Assembly: GCA_965227775.1 (NCBI GenBank)
Contig: OZ245777.1
Span: 96,001 to 160,000, forward strand
Origin: Phycisphaerales bacterium
GTDB lineage: Bacteria; Planctomycetota; Phycisphaerae; Phycisphaerales; UBA1924
Length of the DNA stretch: 64,000 nt
Direction of reading: 5' to 3'
Both the position numbers and the translations under genes were made by a program. The notes under the pieces were generated by a model. That model did not search any database, was not told where the DNA came from, and worked only from the letters and a program-made list of their open reading frames with translations. The stretch's first letter is position 1. Every line of letters starts with the position of its first letter. Below, piece after piece: positions 10,118 to 18,484 of the stretch.

Positions 10118-10222
10118 TTACGGGCAGCCAGCCGCAAACGCGTTCTGGAATGCCAGGAAGTCGAACAGGTTGAGTTCGCTGTTGCCGTCAGAGTCGGCGC
10201 TCGGGTCACCGCACGTGTGCAC
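10118..10222 (-). pseudogene. Orphan dockerin-tag 3' fragment (or 34-aa micro-ORF)
   Basis: Minus strand reads VHTCGDPSADSDGNSELNLFDFLAFQNAFAAGCP*; in-frame stops just upstream; no signal peptide or cargo. Confidence 0.75.
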
Positions 10223-10291
10223 CCGATCACGCGGGCTTTATCAGATCTTCACACGGCCGGAAGCTGGACGACAGGCGGACGGCCCTGCGGC

Positions 10292-10873
10292 CTACTCGCA
10301 GCCCGCGTCGAACTCGTTCTGGAAGGCGAAGAAGTCGAAGATCGTGAAGTCGCCGTCGCCGTCGAAGTCGGCGAGGGGGTCCATAAGGTCGAAGAGGTTC
10401 TGGAAGGCGAGGAAGTCGAAGATGGTGAGTTGTTGGTCGCCGTCGAGGTCGACACGGCAGGGTGGTTCGGCGAAGGTGAGACGCCAGGCGGCACCGCCGA
10501 CATCGAAGGGGCTTGCGGTGACGGTGATCTCCATCGAGAGCGGGCCGCGATGCGAGAGGTAGACCTCGCCGCTGGACCAGCGCTCGTCGGCGAACGCGGC
10601 GTCGTAGTCGGCGCCGATCTCATCGCCGATGGTGGTCGGCTCTGAGCAGACGAACGCGTCAACGGTGCCGGCACGATCGACAAGGCGGACGGAAAACCGG
10701 TCCCCCGACGAGAACGCGTCGGTGACCTGGAGCTGCGGATTGTCGTCGGTTATAAACAGACTGATGATGATGAGGTCGCCGACGGGACCGAACGTGAAGC
10801 GCTCCCAGTCTTGGGCGTGCGCAGCGGCGGTGATAGCGAGCGTGGTAAAGATGGCGATCGGCTTGGACTGCAT
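10292..10873 (-). CDS. Small secreted protein (LQVTDAF.SGDRF domain) with dockerin-like tag
   Basis: Signal peptide AHA-Q; ends CRVDLDGDQQLTIFDFLAFQNLFDLMDPLADFDGDGDFTIFDFFAFQNEFDAGCE. Confidence 0.9.
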   Translation of the reverse strand: MQSKPIAIFTTLAITAAAHAQDWERFTFGPVGDLIIISLFITDDNPQLQVTDAFSSGDRFSVRLVDRAGTVDAFVCSEPTTIGDEIGADYDAAFADERWSSGEVYLSHRGPLSMEITVTASPFDVGGAAWRLTFAEPPCRVDLDGDQQLTIFDFLAFQNLFDLMDPLADFDGDGDFTIFDFFAFQNEFDAGCE

Positions 10874-10915
10874 TTTGATACCCCCTGAGCGACTGGGAAT
10901 CGGGCTGAGAACCTT

Positions 10916-10944
10916 CTTATAACCGAGATTGGCGCTCGGATCAA
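10916..10944 (-). promoter_or_regulatory. sigma70-like promoter for 10292-10873
   Basis: TTGATC-N17-TATAAG on the minus strand. Confidence 0.55.
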
Positions 10945-11008
10945 CGGTAAATCACCCCACGGCTTGGTGCGCGTGGGGTGGTGTCGGTACGGCTTCGCGG
11001 GATGGCTG

Positions 11009-13342
11009 TTACGGGCAGCCGATGTCGAAGGCGTTCTGGAACGCGAGGAAGTCGAAGATGGAGAGCTCGCCGTCGCCATCGAAATCGACCAGCGTGCTGC
11101 CGGCTGCAAAGAGCGTTTGGAAGGCGAGGAAATCGAAGATGGTCAGATCGCCGTCGCCATCAAAGTCGGGGCGGCATGGATCGGGGCAGAGATTGGGGAG
11201 CGTCTCGATGCCGTCGATCGTCGTACCCGATACGGCAATGATGTCGGGCTTGCCATCGCTGGTCACATCGGCCACGTCGAGCGCGGACGCCGGGAATGTC
11301 GTGTCGTAGCGGGTCAGGTTGTCGAAAGTTGCATTGCCGTTGCCCAGGAAGACGGCTAGCCCCCGTCGACCGGGTAGCGTCCCAACGATGTTTACGAGCG
11401 CATCAGGTGCTTCATCGCCGTTGATGTCTTGTACTTGAAGGTCCAGGGCGAAGCGGTTGCGCCAGGTTGGGGTTGTGGTTCGGGGCAGGAGCGTGCCATC
11501 GCCCTGACCTCTGAAGGACTCGATGCTGGCGTCGCCGGTTGACACGACAACATCGAGGTTACCGTCGCCGTCGAGGTCGGCCAATTCGATCTCGAAGGGG
11601 GTGTCCTGGGTTGCGTACGTGGTTGGAGGCGCAAACTGGCCAAGGCCAACCCCGAGCAAAATCGCGACTTCGCGTCGGGATTGCCAGATCACGGCCGCGT
11701 CGAGGAGGCCGTCGCCATCGAGGTCTCCGATGGCCGAAGCCGTTGGCTCGTAGGGCAGCGGGTGCGGCGGCTGGGCGGCGAAGCTGCCAGAGCCATCGTT
11801 CAACGCGAGCACGATCTGCTGGCCGCCCATGCATGTTGTGACGGCATCGAGGTCTGCGTCTCCATCGATGTCGATCAGCTCGACCACAACGGGTTCGTCG
11901 CCCGTCGGAACGGCACCGAGGCTTGTAAATGTACCGGCACCATCGTTGATCATGAAGGTGACTTCATCGCGGTTGGTGCTTGTGACGGCGACATCGGGAT
12001 CTCCGTCACCGTCGAGGTCTCCGACGGCCATGTCCGCCGGATTGACGGCGCAGAATACCTCGCCGGCTTGCGTGAATGCGCCCGTGCCGTCGCCGAGCAG
12101 GGTTGACAGCTGGCCAAATGACTCTCTGTGCAACACGAGCGCGTCGAGTTCGCCATCGCCATTGACATCGCGGATGCTGACAGCGTGCGCACTCTCGAGG
12201 GCGAGGTCGCTGGAGGTACGCCCGGGATAGGTACCGTCCTTCCTACCGACGAGGACGTGTATGTTCTCCAGCTGTGAGTCGTAGGTGACGATCTCCGATC
12301 GGCCGTTTGCGGTCAGGTCGATGGCGACGACGTCGCCGCCCCTGCTCGCATATCTTGCCGGCGAAGCGAAGCCGCCGGACCCGTTGCCCAGGCGAACGGT
12401 AATGATCCGGCTGCTAGAGAACTCGCTGGTGAAGAGGTCGAGCAGGCCGTCGCCGTTGGCATCGCCAAGATCGATGGTTGGCGCACTGGACAGCCTCGCA
12501 ATGAGCCGTGGCGGGAGGAAGCCGCCGGCACCATCGCCGACGTACAGGCTGACCTCGTTGGAGTCCTCAAGGATTACTACATCGGGAACCGAGTCGCCGT
12601 CAACGTCGTTGACGGCGATGTCGAGCACGCCATCATCGAGGGTGATGTCGTCGGCTCGAGATAGGGAGCCACCGCCCTCGTTGATGAGGATCGCCGCGGC
12701 GCTCGCCACTCGGCTCCTCGTGACGATGTCGTCGTCTCCATCGCCATCGAGATCTGCAAAGAGGAACGAGCTGACCTCGTGCTCGAGGGGGATTCGCTGT
12801 GCGGTTGTAAACCCGCCCTGGCCGTCGTTCACATAGACGCCAACCGAGAGTGTGCCGAGCAGGTCACAGACGATGAGGTCGTCGGCACCGTCGCCGTTCA
12901 TATCGCGGAGGTCGACAACGAGCGGGTAGACCTCGAGGTTGCCCGATGGGCCGAAGGGCAGGACGCCGGAGCCGGTGTTGAGCCTCCACGTGTAGAACGG
13001 CGTGGAACTCATGGAGAAGAGGTCGTTGTCTCCGTCGCCGTCCTGATCGCCCGTTGCCAGGAGGCGATTGAGCAGGCCGCCGTAGGTGATGCGGGGACGG
13101 AACGAACCGTCGCCTTGGCCCAGGCGGACCGAGATCTGCCGCGTATCGGCCTCGAAGGTAAGCACGTCCATGAAGCCGTCGGTGTTGAAGTGCTCGAACA
13201 GCAGCAGCCTCGGGTCGGCGCCTCCGTCGCTTACCGGGCCTGGGAAGATCACGCCATCGCAGGTCTGGGCGGGAGCGTGCGCGTTGATGAACAGCAACGC
13301 CGGGGCAACGGCGAGGATCGTGCGGCGGAGTTGTTGTTTCAT
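11009..13342 (-). CDS. Secreted FG-GAP-like/VCBS repeat protein with dockerin-like tag
   Basis: Signal peptide MKQQLRR...APA-Q; many D.DGDG..D...L.G.GDG.F repeats; tag ending FQNAFDIGCP. Confidence 0.9.
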   Translation of the reverse strand: MKQQLRRTILAVAPALLFINAHAPAQTCDGVIFPGPVSDGGADPRLLLFEHFNTDGFMDVLTFEADTRQISVRLGQGDGSFRPRITYGGLLNRLLATGDQDGDGDNDLFSMSSTPFYTWRLNTGSGVLPFGPSGNLEVYPLVVDLRDMNGDGADDLIVCDLLGTLSVGVYVNDGQGGFTTAQRIPLEHEVSSFLFADLDGDGDDDIVTRSRVASAAAILINEGGGSLSRADDITLDDGVLDIAVNDVDGDSVPDVVILEDSNEVSLYVGDGAGGFLPPRLIARLSSAPTIDLGDANGDGLLDLFTSEFSSSRIITVRLGNGSGGFASPARYASRGGDVVAIDLTANGRSEIVTYDSQLENIHVLVGRKDGTYPGRTSSDLALESAHAVSIRDVNGDGELDALVLHRESFGQLSTLLGDGTGAFTQAGEVFCAVNPADMAVGDLDGDGDPDVAVTSTNRDEVTFMINDGAGTFTSLGAVPTGDEPVVVELIDIDGDADLDAVTTCMGGQQIVLALNDGSGSFAAQPPHPLPYEPTASAIGDLDGDGLLDAAVIWQSRREVAILLGVGLGQFAPPTTYATQDTPFEIELADLDGDGNLDVVVSTGDASIESFRGQGDGTLLPRTTTPTWRNRFALDLQVQDINGDEAPDALVNIVGTLPGRRGLAVFLGNGNATFDNLTRYDTTFPASALDVADVTSDGKPDIIAVSGTTIDGIETLPNLCPDPCRPDFDGDGDLTIFDFLAFQTLFAAGSTLVDFDGDGELSIFDFLAFQNAFDIGCP

Positions 13343-13428
13343 CGCGGTGGCTTCCTGGGTCGGTCGGCGGGGCACCTTGCTCGGGGCGTTTCTTGGCCCG
13401 CAGGTTGTACCCGAAAACGGCGTCGCCT

Positions 13429-14157
13429 TCAACCCATTTTCAGCGAGCCCGCACGGTCGGTTACCAGTTGGGTAAGGCTCTCCCCAAGGACCGCTTGAAC
13501 GCGCTGCACGCTTGGGCAGTCGCTCGCGAGAGTCGCTTGCATGCTGGTGACCGGCCGGCCCGCAAGGCCGCAAGGGACGATGAGGTTGAAGTGGGTGAGG
13601 TCGGGGACGACGTTGAGGGCCAGGCCGTGCATGGTGACCCACTTGCGGACGCGGACGCCCATGGCGGCGATCTTGGCTGGTTGAGCGCCGTGCGCCGGGG
13701 TGACCCAGACGCCGGTGGCGGACTGGTCGCGATCACCTGAGATGTTGTACGCCGCGAGGGTGTCGATGACGGCTTGCTCGAGCAGGCGCATGTAGCCGTG
13801 CAGGCCGAGGGGTTTGCCGCTGGGTGCTGTGAGACGCTCGAGGTCGAGGATGGGGTAGGCGACGATCTGGCCCGGGCCGTGGTAGGTGACGTCGCCGCCG
13901 CGGTCGGTCTGGTGGAGTTCGACGCCCAGCGAGGCGAGGTGGTCGGCGGTTGCGAGCACGTGGTCGGCGGCGCCCGGGCGGCTGGTGACGGTGATGACCG
14001 GGTCGTGCTCGACGAAGAAGATGGTGCCGAGGCGGCCGTCGGGGTTGCCGCGTGCGTCGATGAGCTCGGCCTGGCGTGCCCGCTGGATCTCGAGGGCTTG
14101 GGCGTAGGCCATGCGGCCGAGGTCGATGATGTCGAGGCCGGGATGCGAGTCTGCCAC
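13429..14157 (-). CDS. lipB: Lipoyl(octanoyl) transferase
   Basis: EHDPVIT, RGGDVTYHGPGQ, KIAAMG, HGLALN, IVPCG; start estimated (GTG 14157). Confidence 0.93.
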   Translation of the reverse strand: MADSHPGLDIIDLGRMAYAQALEIQRARQAELIDARGNPDGRLGTIFFVEHDPVITVTSRPGAADHVLATADHLASLGVELHQTDRGGDVTYHGPGQIVAYPILDLERLTAPSGKPLGLHGYMRLLEQAVIDTLAAYNISGDRDQSATGVWVTPAHGAQPAKIAAMGVRVRKWVTMHGLALNVVPDLTHFNLIVPCGLAGRPVTSMQATLASDCPSVQRVQAVLGESLTQLVTDRAGSLKMG

Positions 14158-14193
14158 GCTCGACGGTAGCTCCAAGGGCTCTACGATGGGTCG

Positions 14194-15027
14194 ATGTCGA
14201 CCGCCTCCCCTAGCCATCACGAGACTGCCGAGATTCACCCAACCGCGTACGTCGACCCGGACTCGCACCTGGGCGAGGGCGTGGTCGTCGGGCCGCATTG
14301 CTACGTCGGCGCGGGCGTGCGTCTTGACACGGGAGTACGCCTGATCGCGTCGGTGCACGTGGAGGGCCCCGCGACGATCGGGAGCGGCACGACCGTGTAC
14401 CCCTACGCGGTGATCGGCATGCCTGGGCAGGACTTCAAGTTCTCGCCGGGCGACCCGACGCCGGGCGTGGTGATCGGCTCGGGGTGCGTAATCCGCGAGC
14501 ACGTAACGGTGCACGCGGCGACGACCGATGACCACCCCACCACCATTGGAGACAAGTGCTACTTCATGGCGTCCAGCCACGTGGGACACGACTGCGTTGT
14601 GGGGAACGGGGTGATCCTGGTGAACAACGCGCTGCTGGCCGGGCACGTGCGGGTGGGCGACAACGCGACGTTCAGCGGGAACACGGCGATCCACCAGCAC
14701 GGCCGGGTTGGGCGGATGGCGTTCATTTCGGGCGGTGTTGCGACGGCCATGGATGTGCCGCCGTTCTGCCTGTGCGATCACATCAACACGACGAATGGCT
14801 TGAACCTCGTCGGGCTTCGGCGTGCGGGCGTACCCAAGGAATCGATCGACGCGTTGCGTTTTGCGTTCCGCACGGTGATCTCCAAGAGCCTGCCGCGCGA
14901 TGCGGCGCTCGCGAAGCTGCGTGAGCTCGGCGGCGACGACCCGTACGTGTCAGAGCTTGCCGAATTCATCGCGACGAGCAAGCGCGGCATCGGGCGGGGT
15001 GCGGATCGGAACACGCGTAGGGCCTGA
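14194..15027 (+). CDS. lpxA: Acyl-ACP--UDP-N-acetylglucosamine O-acyltransferase
   Basis: IHPTA, hexapeptide repeats, QDFKF, IREHVTVH, HVGHDC, LAGHV, GLNLVGLRR. Confidence 0.93.
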   Translation: MSTASPSHHETAEIHPTAYVDPDSHLGEGVVVGPHCYVGAGVRLDTGVRLIASVHVEGPATIGSGTTVYPYAVIGMPGQDFKFSPGDPTPGVVIGSGCVIREHVTVHAATTDDHPTTIGDKCYFMASSHVGHDCVVGNGVILVNNALLAGHVRVGDNATFSGNTAIHQHGRVGRMAFISGGVATAMDVPPFCLCDHINTTNGLNLVGLRRAGVPKESIDALRFAFRTVISKSLPRDAALAKLRELGGDDPYVSELAEFIATSKRGIGRGADRNTRRA

Positions 15028-15051
15028 ACCGGGGCGCCCAGGGAGGGGCGG

Positions 15052-15921
15052 ATGGTGCGGCGGACGAACACATCACCTGTCGATGGCCCAGCGCTGTGTG
15101 TGCTGGCCAGCGGCTCGAGCGGCAACTGCTCGGTGCTGCGGAGCGCTGATGGGCGCCTGGTGATGATCGATGCGGGGCTGAGCCCCAAACGCACGGCGGC
15201 GGCGCTGGGCGAGCTCGGGCACGGGCTCGACGACGTTGACGCGATCGTGCTGACGCACCTGGACAGCGATCACTTCTATTCGTCGTGGGCAGGCGTGGCG
15301 CCGCGGAAGCTCGCGACGGACGCATGTGTGTGGGTGCATGCCTCGCACGCGCGAGAGCGGCGGCTGGACCCGTTGCACGAAGCGGGACGCCTGCGGACGT
15401 TCGAGCGTGACGCGTTCGAACCGGTGGCATCGGCCACGTTTACCAGTCGGCTTGCGAGCCACGATGCTGAGGGGGTGGCGACGTTTCGGATTCGGACGCC
15501 GCAGGGTGAGCTTGGTTTCCTCACGGACCTTGGCGAGGTCACGGACCGGCTGGTCGAGTTCCACGAGGGCGTGGGCGTGCTGGCGATCGAGAGCAACTAC
15601 TGCCCGCGTCTGCAGGCGCGTTCGGAGCGGCCGGACTTTCTCAAGCGGCGGATCATGGGCGGCGCGGGGCACCTGAGCAACGAGCAGTGCCTGGGGGCGA
15701 CCGAGGCGATCGGGCCGCGCGAGCATGCGGTGTTCCTGCACCTCTCCAGGGAGTGCAACCGACCGGAGATCGTCGGTGAGATGCACGAGGGCGCGGACTA
15801 TGCGCGCACGATCGCGTCGGCGGAGTCGCCGACGCGGTGGGTGCCGATCGCTGGCGGTCGCAGAACACCCACGCCGGTCGTTCCGGCGGTACCGATGACG
15901 CTGTTCGGACCGATGCGGTGA
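15052..15921 (+). CDS. MBL-fold metallo-hydrolase (YycJ/WalJ-like)
   Basis: LASGSSGN, THLDSDH, SHDA, TDLG, ESNY, GHLSN, HLS..CN. Confidence 0.88.
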   Translation: MVRRTNTSPVDGPALCVLASGSSGNCSVLRSADGRLVMIDAGLSPKRTAAALGELGHGLDDVDAIVLTHLDSDHFYSSWAGVAPRKLATDACVWVHASHARERRLDPLHEAGRLRTFERDAFEPVASATFTSRLASHDAEGVATFRIRTPQGELGFLTDLGEVTDRLVEFHEGVGVLAIESNYCPRLQARSERPDFLKRRIMGGAGHLSNEQCLGATEAIGPREHAVFLHLSRECNRPEIVGEMHEGADYARTIASAESPTRWVPIAGGRRTPTPVVPAVPMTLFGPMR

Positions 15922-16826
15922 GCGAGCCGAGGGCTGGTGATCCTGCGCTGGGGTATCGCAATACGAGCGGTCAGCGCGTGGGCGGCGGCGAGGGCTCGGC
16001 GGCGGAGGTCGGGGCATCGCGGCTGGCGCGTTGGTTCGGCGGGCTGCTGCGAACGCGCAAGGTCGTGACGGTCGAGGGCGTGCGCTACGAAGAGCTCGAC
16101 GCGGTGCCGCTGCGGCGGGCGCTGGCGCGGGGCATGGGCAAGCGGTACCGCGTGCGATTCCCAGATCGCGCGAAAATGGTCTTTGAGGTGAGCGGGGCGC
16201 GACCCATCGCCGACCTGTTAGGCGAGACGGATCTGGGGGAGTTCACGCTGATCGATCCGCTGATGCGACCGGGCGACCGCGTTCTGCTGCTGCACGCGGG
16301 CACGGGGCACGGGGCGGCGTGGCTGAGCGAGCGGCTGGGGCCAACGGGCGCGCTCGTCGCGCTCGAGCCCGATGCGACGAGCGTGCGGTATGCGCGGCAC
16401 CGCTACCACCCGGCCAACACGTCGCTGGAGGTCTGCGACCTGCACTCGCCGACGAGTGCACCGCCGGCGCTGAGCGGCGAGCTCGACGGCGCGTTCGATG
16501 GCATCGTGCACCGTCGGCTGCCGGGCGATGGGCCGCAGCGTGACGCGCAGCTCGGCGAGTGCTGGCGGCTTCTGTCGCCCGGTGGGGTGATGGCGGTGCT
16601 GCTTGCCTCGCCCAGCGGGCACCATGATCCTCGCGAGGATCCGCGGCTGGCCGCGCTTGAGGGCGAGCTGCGGGCGCTCGCGGATGAGCACGCGCCGGGC
16701 CTCGAGTCGATCGAGCGCGTGCGTGTGCATGCGCGGTGCGGCGTGCTGCTTGAGCGCTCGTACGAAGACGAGGACGAGCCGCCGGCGCCCGAGGGGCGGG
16801 ACGGCGGTGAGGGGCAGCGCGTCTAG
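15918..16826 (+). CDS. Class I SAM-dependent methyltransferase-like protein
   Basis: RPGDRVLLLHAGTGHG glycine loop, RLLSPGG; GTG start overlaps upstream stop. Confidence 0.65.
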   Translation: MSEPRAGDPALGYRNTSGQRVGGGEGSAAEVGASRLARWFGGLLRTRKVVTVEGVRYEELDAVPLRRALARGMGKRYRVRFPDRAKMVFEVSGARPIADLLGETDLGEFTLIDPLMRPGDRVLLLHAGTGHGAAWLSERLGPTGALVALEPDATSVRYARHRYHPANTSLEVCDLHSPTSAPPALSGELDGAFDGIVHRRLPGDGPQRDAQLGECWRLLSPGGVMAVLLASPSGHHDPREDPRLAALEGELRALADEHAPGLESIERVRVHARCGVLLERSYEDEDEPPAPEGRDGGEGQRV

Positions 16827-16829
16827 GCC

Positions 16830-17624
16830 TTACGGGCCCGAAAGCGTGCGCAGGACGGCGAGGGTGCCGGCGGTGGCGGCGGCCAGGGCGTCTTCGGGCG
16901 GCGTGCCGGGGCGCAGCTCGATCGTGAGCACGACTTGCTGCTCGTCGAGCCCGTACCACGAGCCCAGCGAGCCGGCGGGGTTGGTGAAGTCGGCGTTCAT
17001 GCGCCACGACGGATCGACGCGCTCCGCGGCGCGGACGAAGGCTTCGGCGAGCGGTCCGGCGGTTTCCATCGGACCATCGGGATCGACGAAGGGCCCGCCG
17101 CCCGTTGAGTGGAACACGACCACGACCTCGGGCCGCGTCTGCTGCATGTAGCGGTGCACCGCGGCAGCCTCGGGCTCGCTGAGAGGGTTCGGGCCGTGGG
17201 CGGTCGAGGGGCGGAAGTTGGTGGCGGGCCAGTTGCGGTTGAGGTCGACGCCGCGCGCGTTGCCGCGGCGCTGGCGATCCAGACCGTCGGGGTTCATGTT
17301 CGAGATCGCGTGGAGCGTGAGGCGGTCGCCGTAGCCGGCGGTGCGCAGGCGCAGCCACAGGTCGTCGAAGCGCTGGTAGACCTCGGGCTCGTCGCCGTGG
17401 ATCAGCCCGATGACGAGGACGCCGGTTGGCCCGGTGCCGTGGGTGCGCACGAAGATGGGCCGGCCCTGGCGGCTGGCGCCGAGTTGCGTCGCGCCCGACT
17501 CGAGCGCGGGCGGTGCGGGCATGTCGACGCGGTCGCCGGGGGGCGTGAGGTAGTCCTGGGGGCGGCTGGTGCATGCGGTGAGGACGAGCGTTGCACCCAG
17601 GAGCGTGATGCGCAGTGCGTTCAT
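16830..17624 (-). CDS. M14 zinc carboxypeptidase lipoprotein (MpaA-like)
   Basis: Lipobox LTAC; IHGDE, NPDG, RGNARGVDLNRNWP, SEPE, FHS, TIEL. Confidence 0.88.
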   Translation of the reverse strand: MNALRITLLGATLVLTACTSRPQDYLTPPGDRVDMPAPPALESGATQLGASRQGRPIFVRTHGTGPTGVLVIGLIHGDEPEVYQRFDDLWLRLRTAGYGDRLTLHAISNMNPDGLDRQRRGNARGVDLNRNWPATNFRPSTAHGPNPLSEPEAAAVHRYMQQTRPEVVVVFHSTGGGPFVDPDGPMETAGPLAEAFVRAAERVDPSWRMNADFTNPAGSLGSWYGLDEQQVVLTIELRPGTPPEDALAAATAGTLAVLRTLSGP

Positions 17625-17645
17625 GCGCCAGGATAGGTCGAGTCG

Positions 17646-17735
17646 TTACGGGCAGCCGGCGTCGAAGGCGTTCTGGAAGGCGAGGAAGTCGAAGATGGTG
17701 AACTCGCAGTCTCCGAACGCAAGAGCGCACTCCAC
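17646..17735 (-). pseudogene. Orphan dockerin-tag 3' fragment (or 29-aa micro-ORF)
   Basis: Minus strand reads VECALAFGDCEFTIFDFLAFQNAFDAGCP*; last 60 nt are 55/60 identical to the 3' end of gene 11009-13342. Confidence 0.75.
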
Positions 17736-17770
17736 AAGAAAACGGCGCGCCCGGAGTGGGTCGCGCCGTT
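17736..17770 (-). terminator. Intrinsic terminator after the VPLPA-CTERM gene
   Basis: AACGGCGCG/CGCGCCGTT stem followed by TTCTT on the minus strand. Confidence 0.7.
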
Positions 17771-17800
17771 GCCTGTCTCACTACTACCAGACTTTGATCG

Positions 17801-18457
17801 CTACGAGCGGCGGCGCGTGCCGACGCCGATGGCCGCGAGGCCGGCCAGCGCCAGCATGCCGCTACCCGGCAGGGGGATGACCACCGAGTCCAACGGGTCG
17901 TAGTGGATCGTGTCGATGAGCACGTCCGCGCCGGTGCCGGTCACCGTCACGCGGGAGATGCCCGAGACAGAGAACATGAACGTCTGCCACGCGCCTCCCG
18001 CGCCGGCGTCCAGCGTTCGTCCCAGGTCGATCGATTCCAAGAGGGTGCCGCCCGAGTCGAAGGCCGACATCGTGACGTCGTTGCTGGTTGTCAGCGCGAG
18101 GATCTCGAAGGCTTCCCACGTCGAACCGACCGCCGTCATCTCGATGGTCGTGTACGTATCGATGCCAGCCGTTCGGTAGGCGTTGACCAGGCTGACCGCG
18201 CCGTCGGCGCTCGTGCCGGGCAGGATCACGTCGTGGTTCCAACCAGACGCGGTCCCGCCGAAGTCGATGCCCGCGGCAGCGAACTCGGCCACGCGCGTCG
18301 TGTTCTGCGTGTCCCAGCCCGCGCCGCCATAGATGCCGGTCTGGTCGAGCGACTCGAAGGTCAGCGTGACCGGGCCGGCCCATGCGGCGGTCGCGGCTGC
18401 CATGGTCGCCAGCGCGGCGCAGTGGGTGCTGGTGCTCGTCCGTGTGCGTACGTTCAT
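17801..18457 (-). CDS. PEP-CTERM/VPLPA-CTERM exosortase-target protein
   Basis: Signal peptide; C-terminal VIPLPGSG + hydrophobic helix + TRRRS. Confidence 0.88.
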   Translation of the reverse strand: MNVRTRTSTSTHCAALATMAAATAAWAGPVTLTFESLDQTGIYGGAGWDTQNTTRVAEFAAAGIDFGGTASGWNHDVILPGTSADGAVSLVNAYRTAGIDTYTTIEMTAVGSTWEAFEILALTTSNDVTMSAFDSGGTLLESIDLGRTLDAGAGGAWQTFMFSVSGISRVTVTGTGADVLIDTIHYDPLDSVVIPLPGSGMLALAGLAAIGVGTRRRS

Positions 18458-18484
18458 TTCTTGGTCTCCGGTGCGCTCCCGCGC

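Noticed and set aside
11008..11020. GGCTGCCCGTAAC ends as integron attC sites
   Set aside because: Does not fit RYYYAAC...GTTRRRY with a paired hairpin; no integron integrase; mostly explained by Gly-Cys-Pro-stop codons
10118..17735. Orphan tag copies as template repeats of a diversity-generating retroelement
   Set aside because: Differences from the intact tag are not adenine-specific (T/C, A/T, C/G, GC/AT), the region is the conserved rather than variable part, and no reverse transcriptase is in the window
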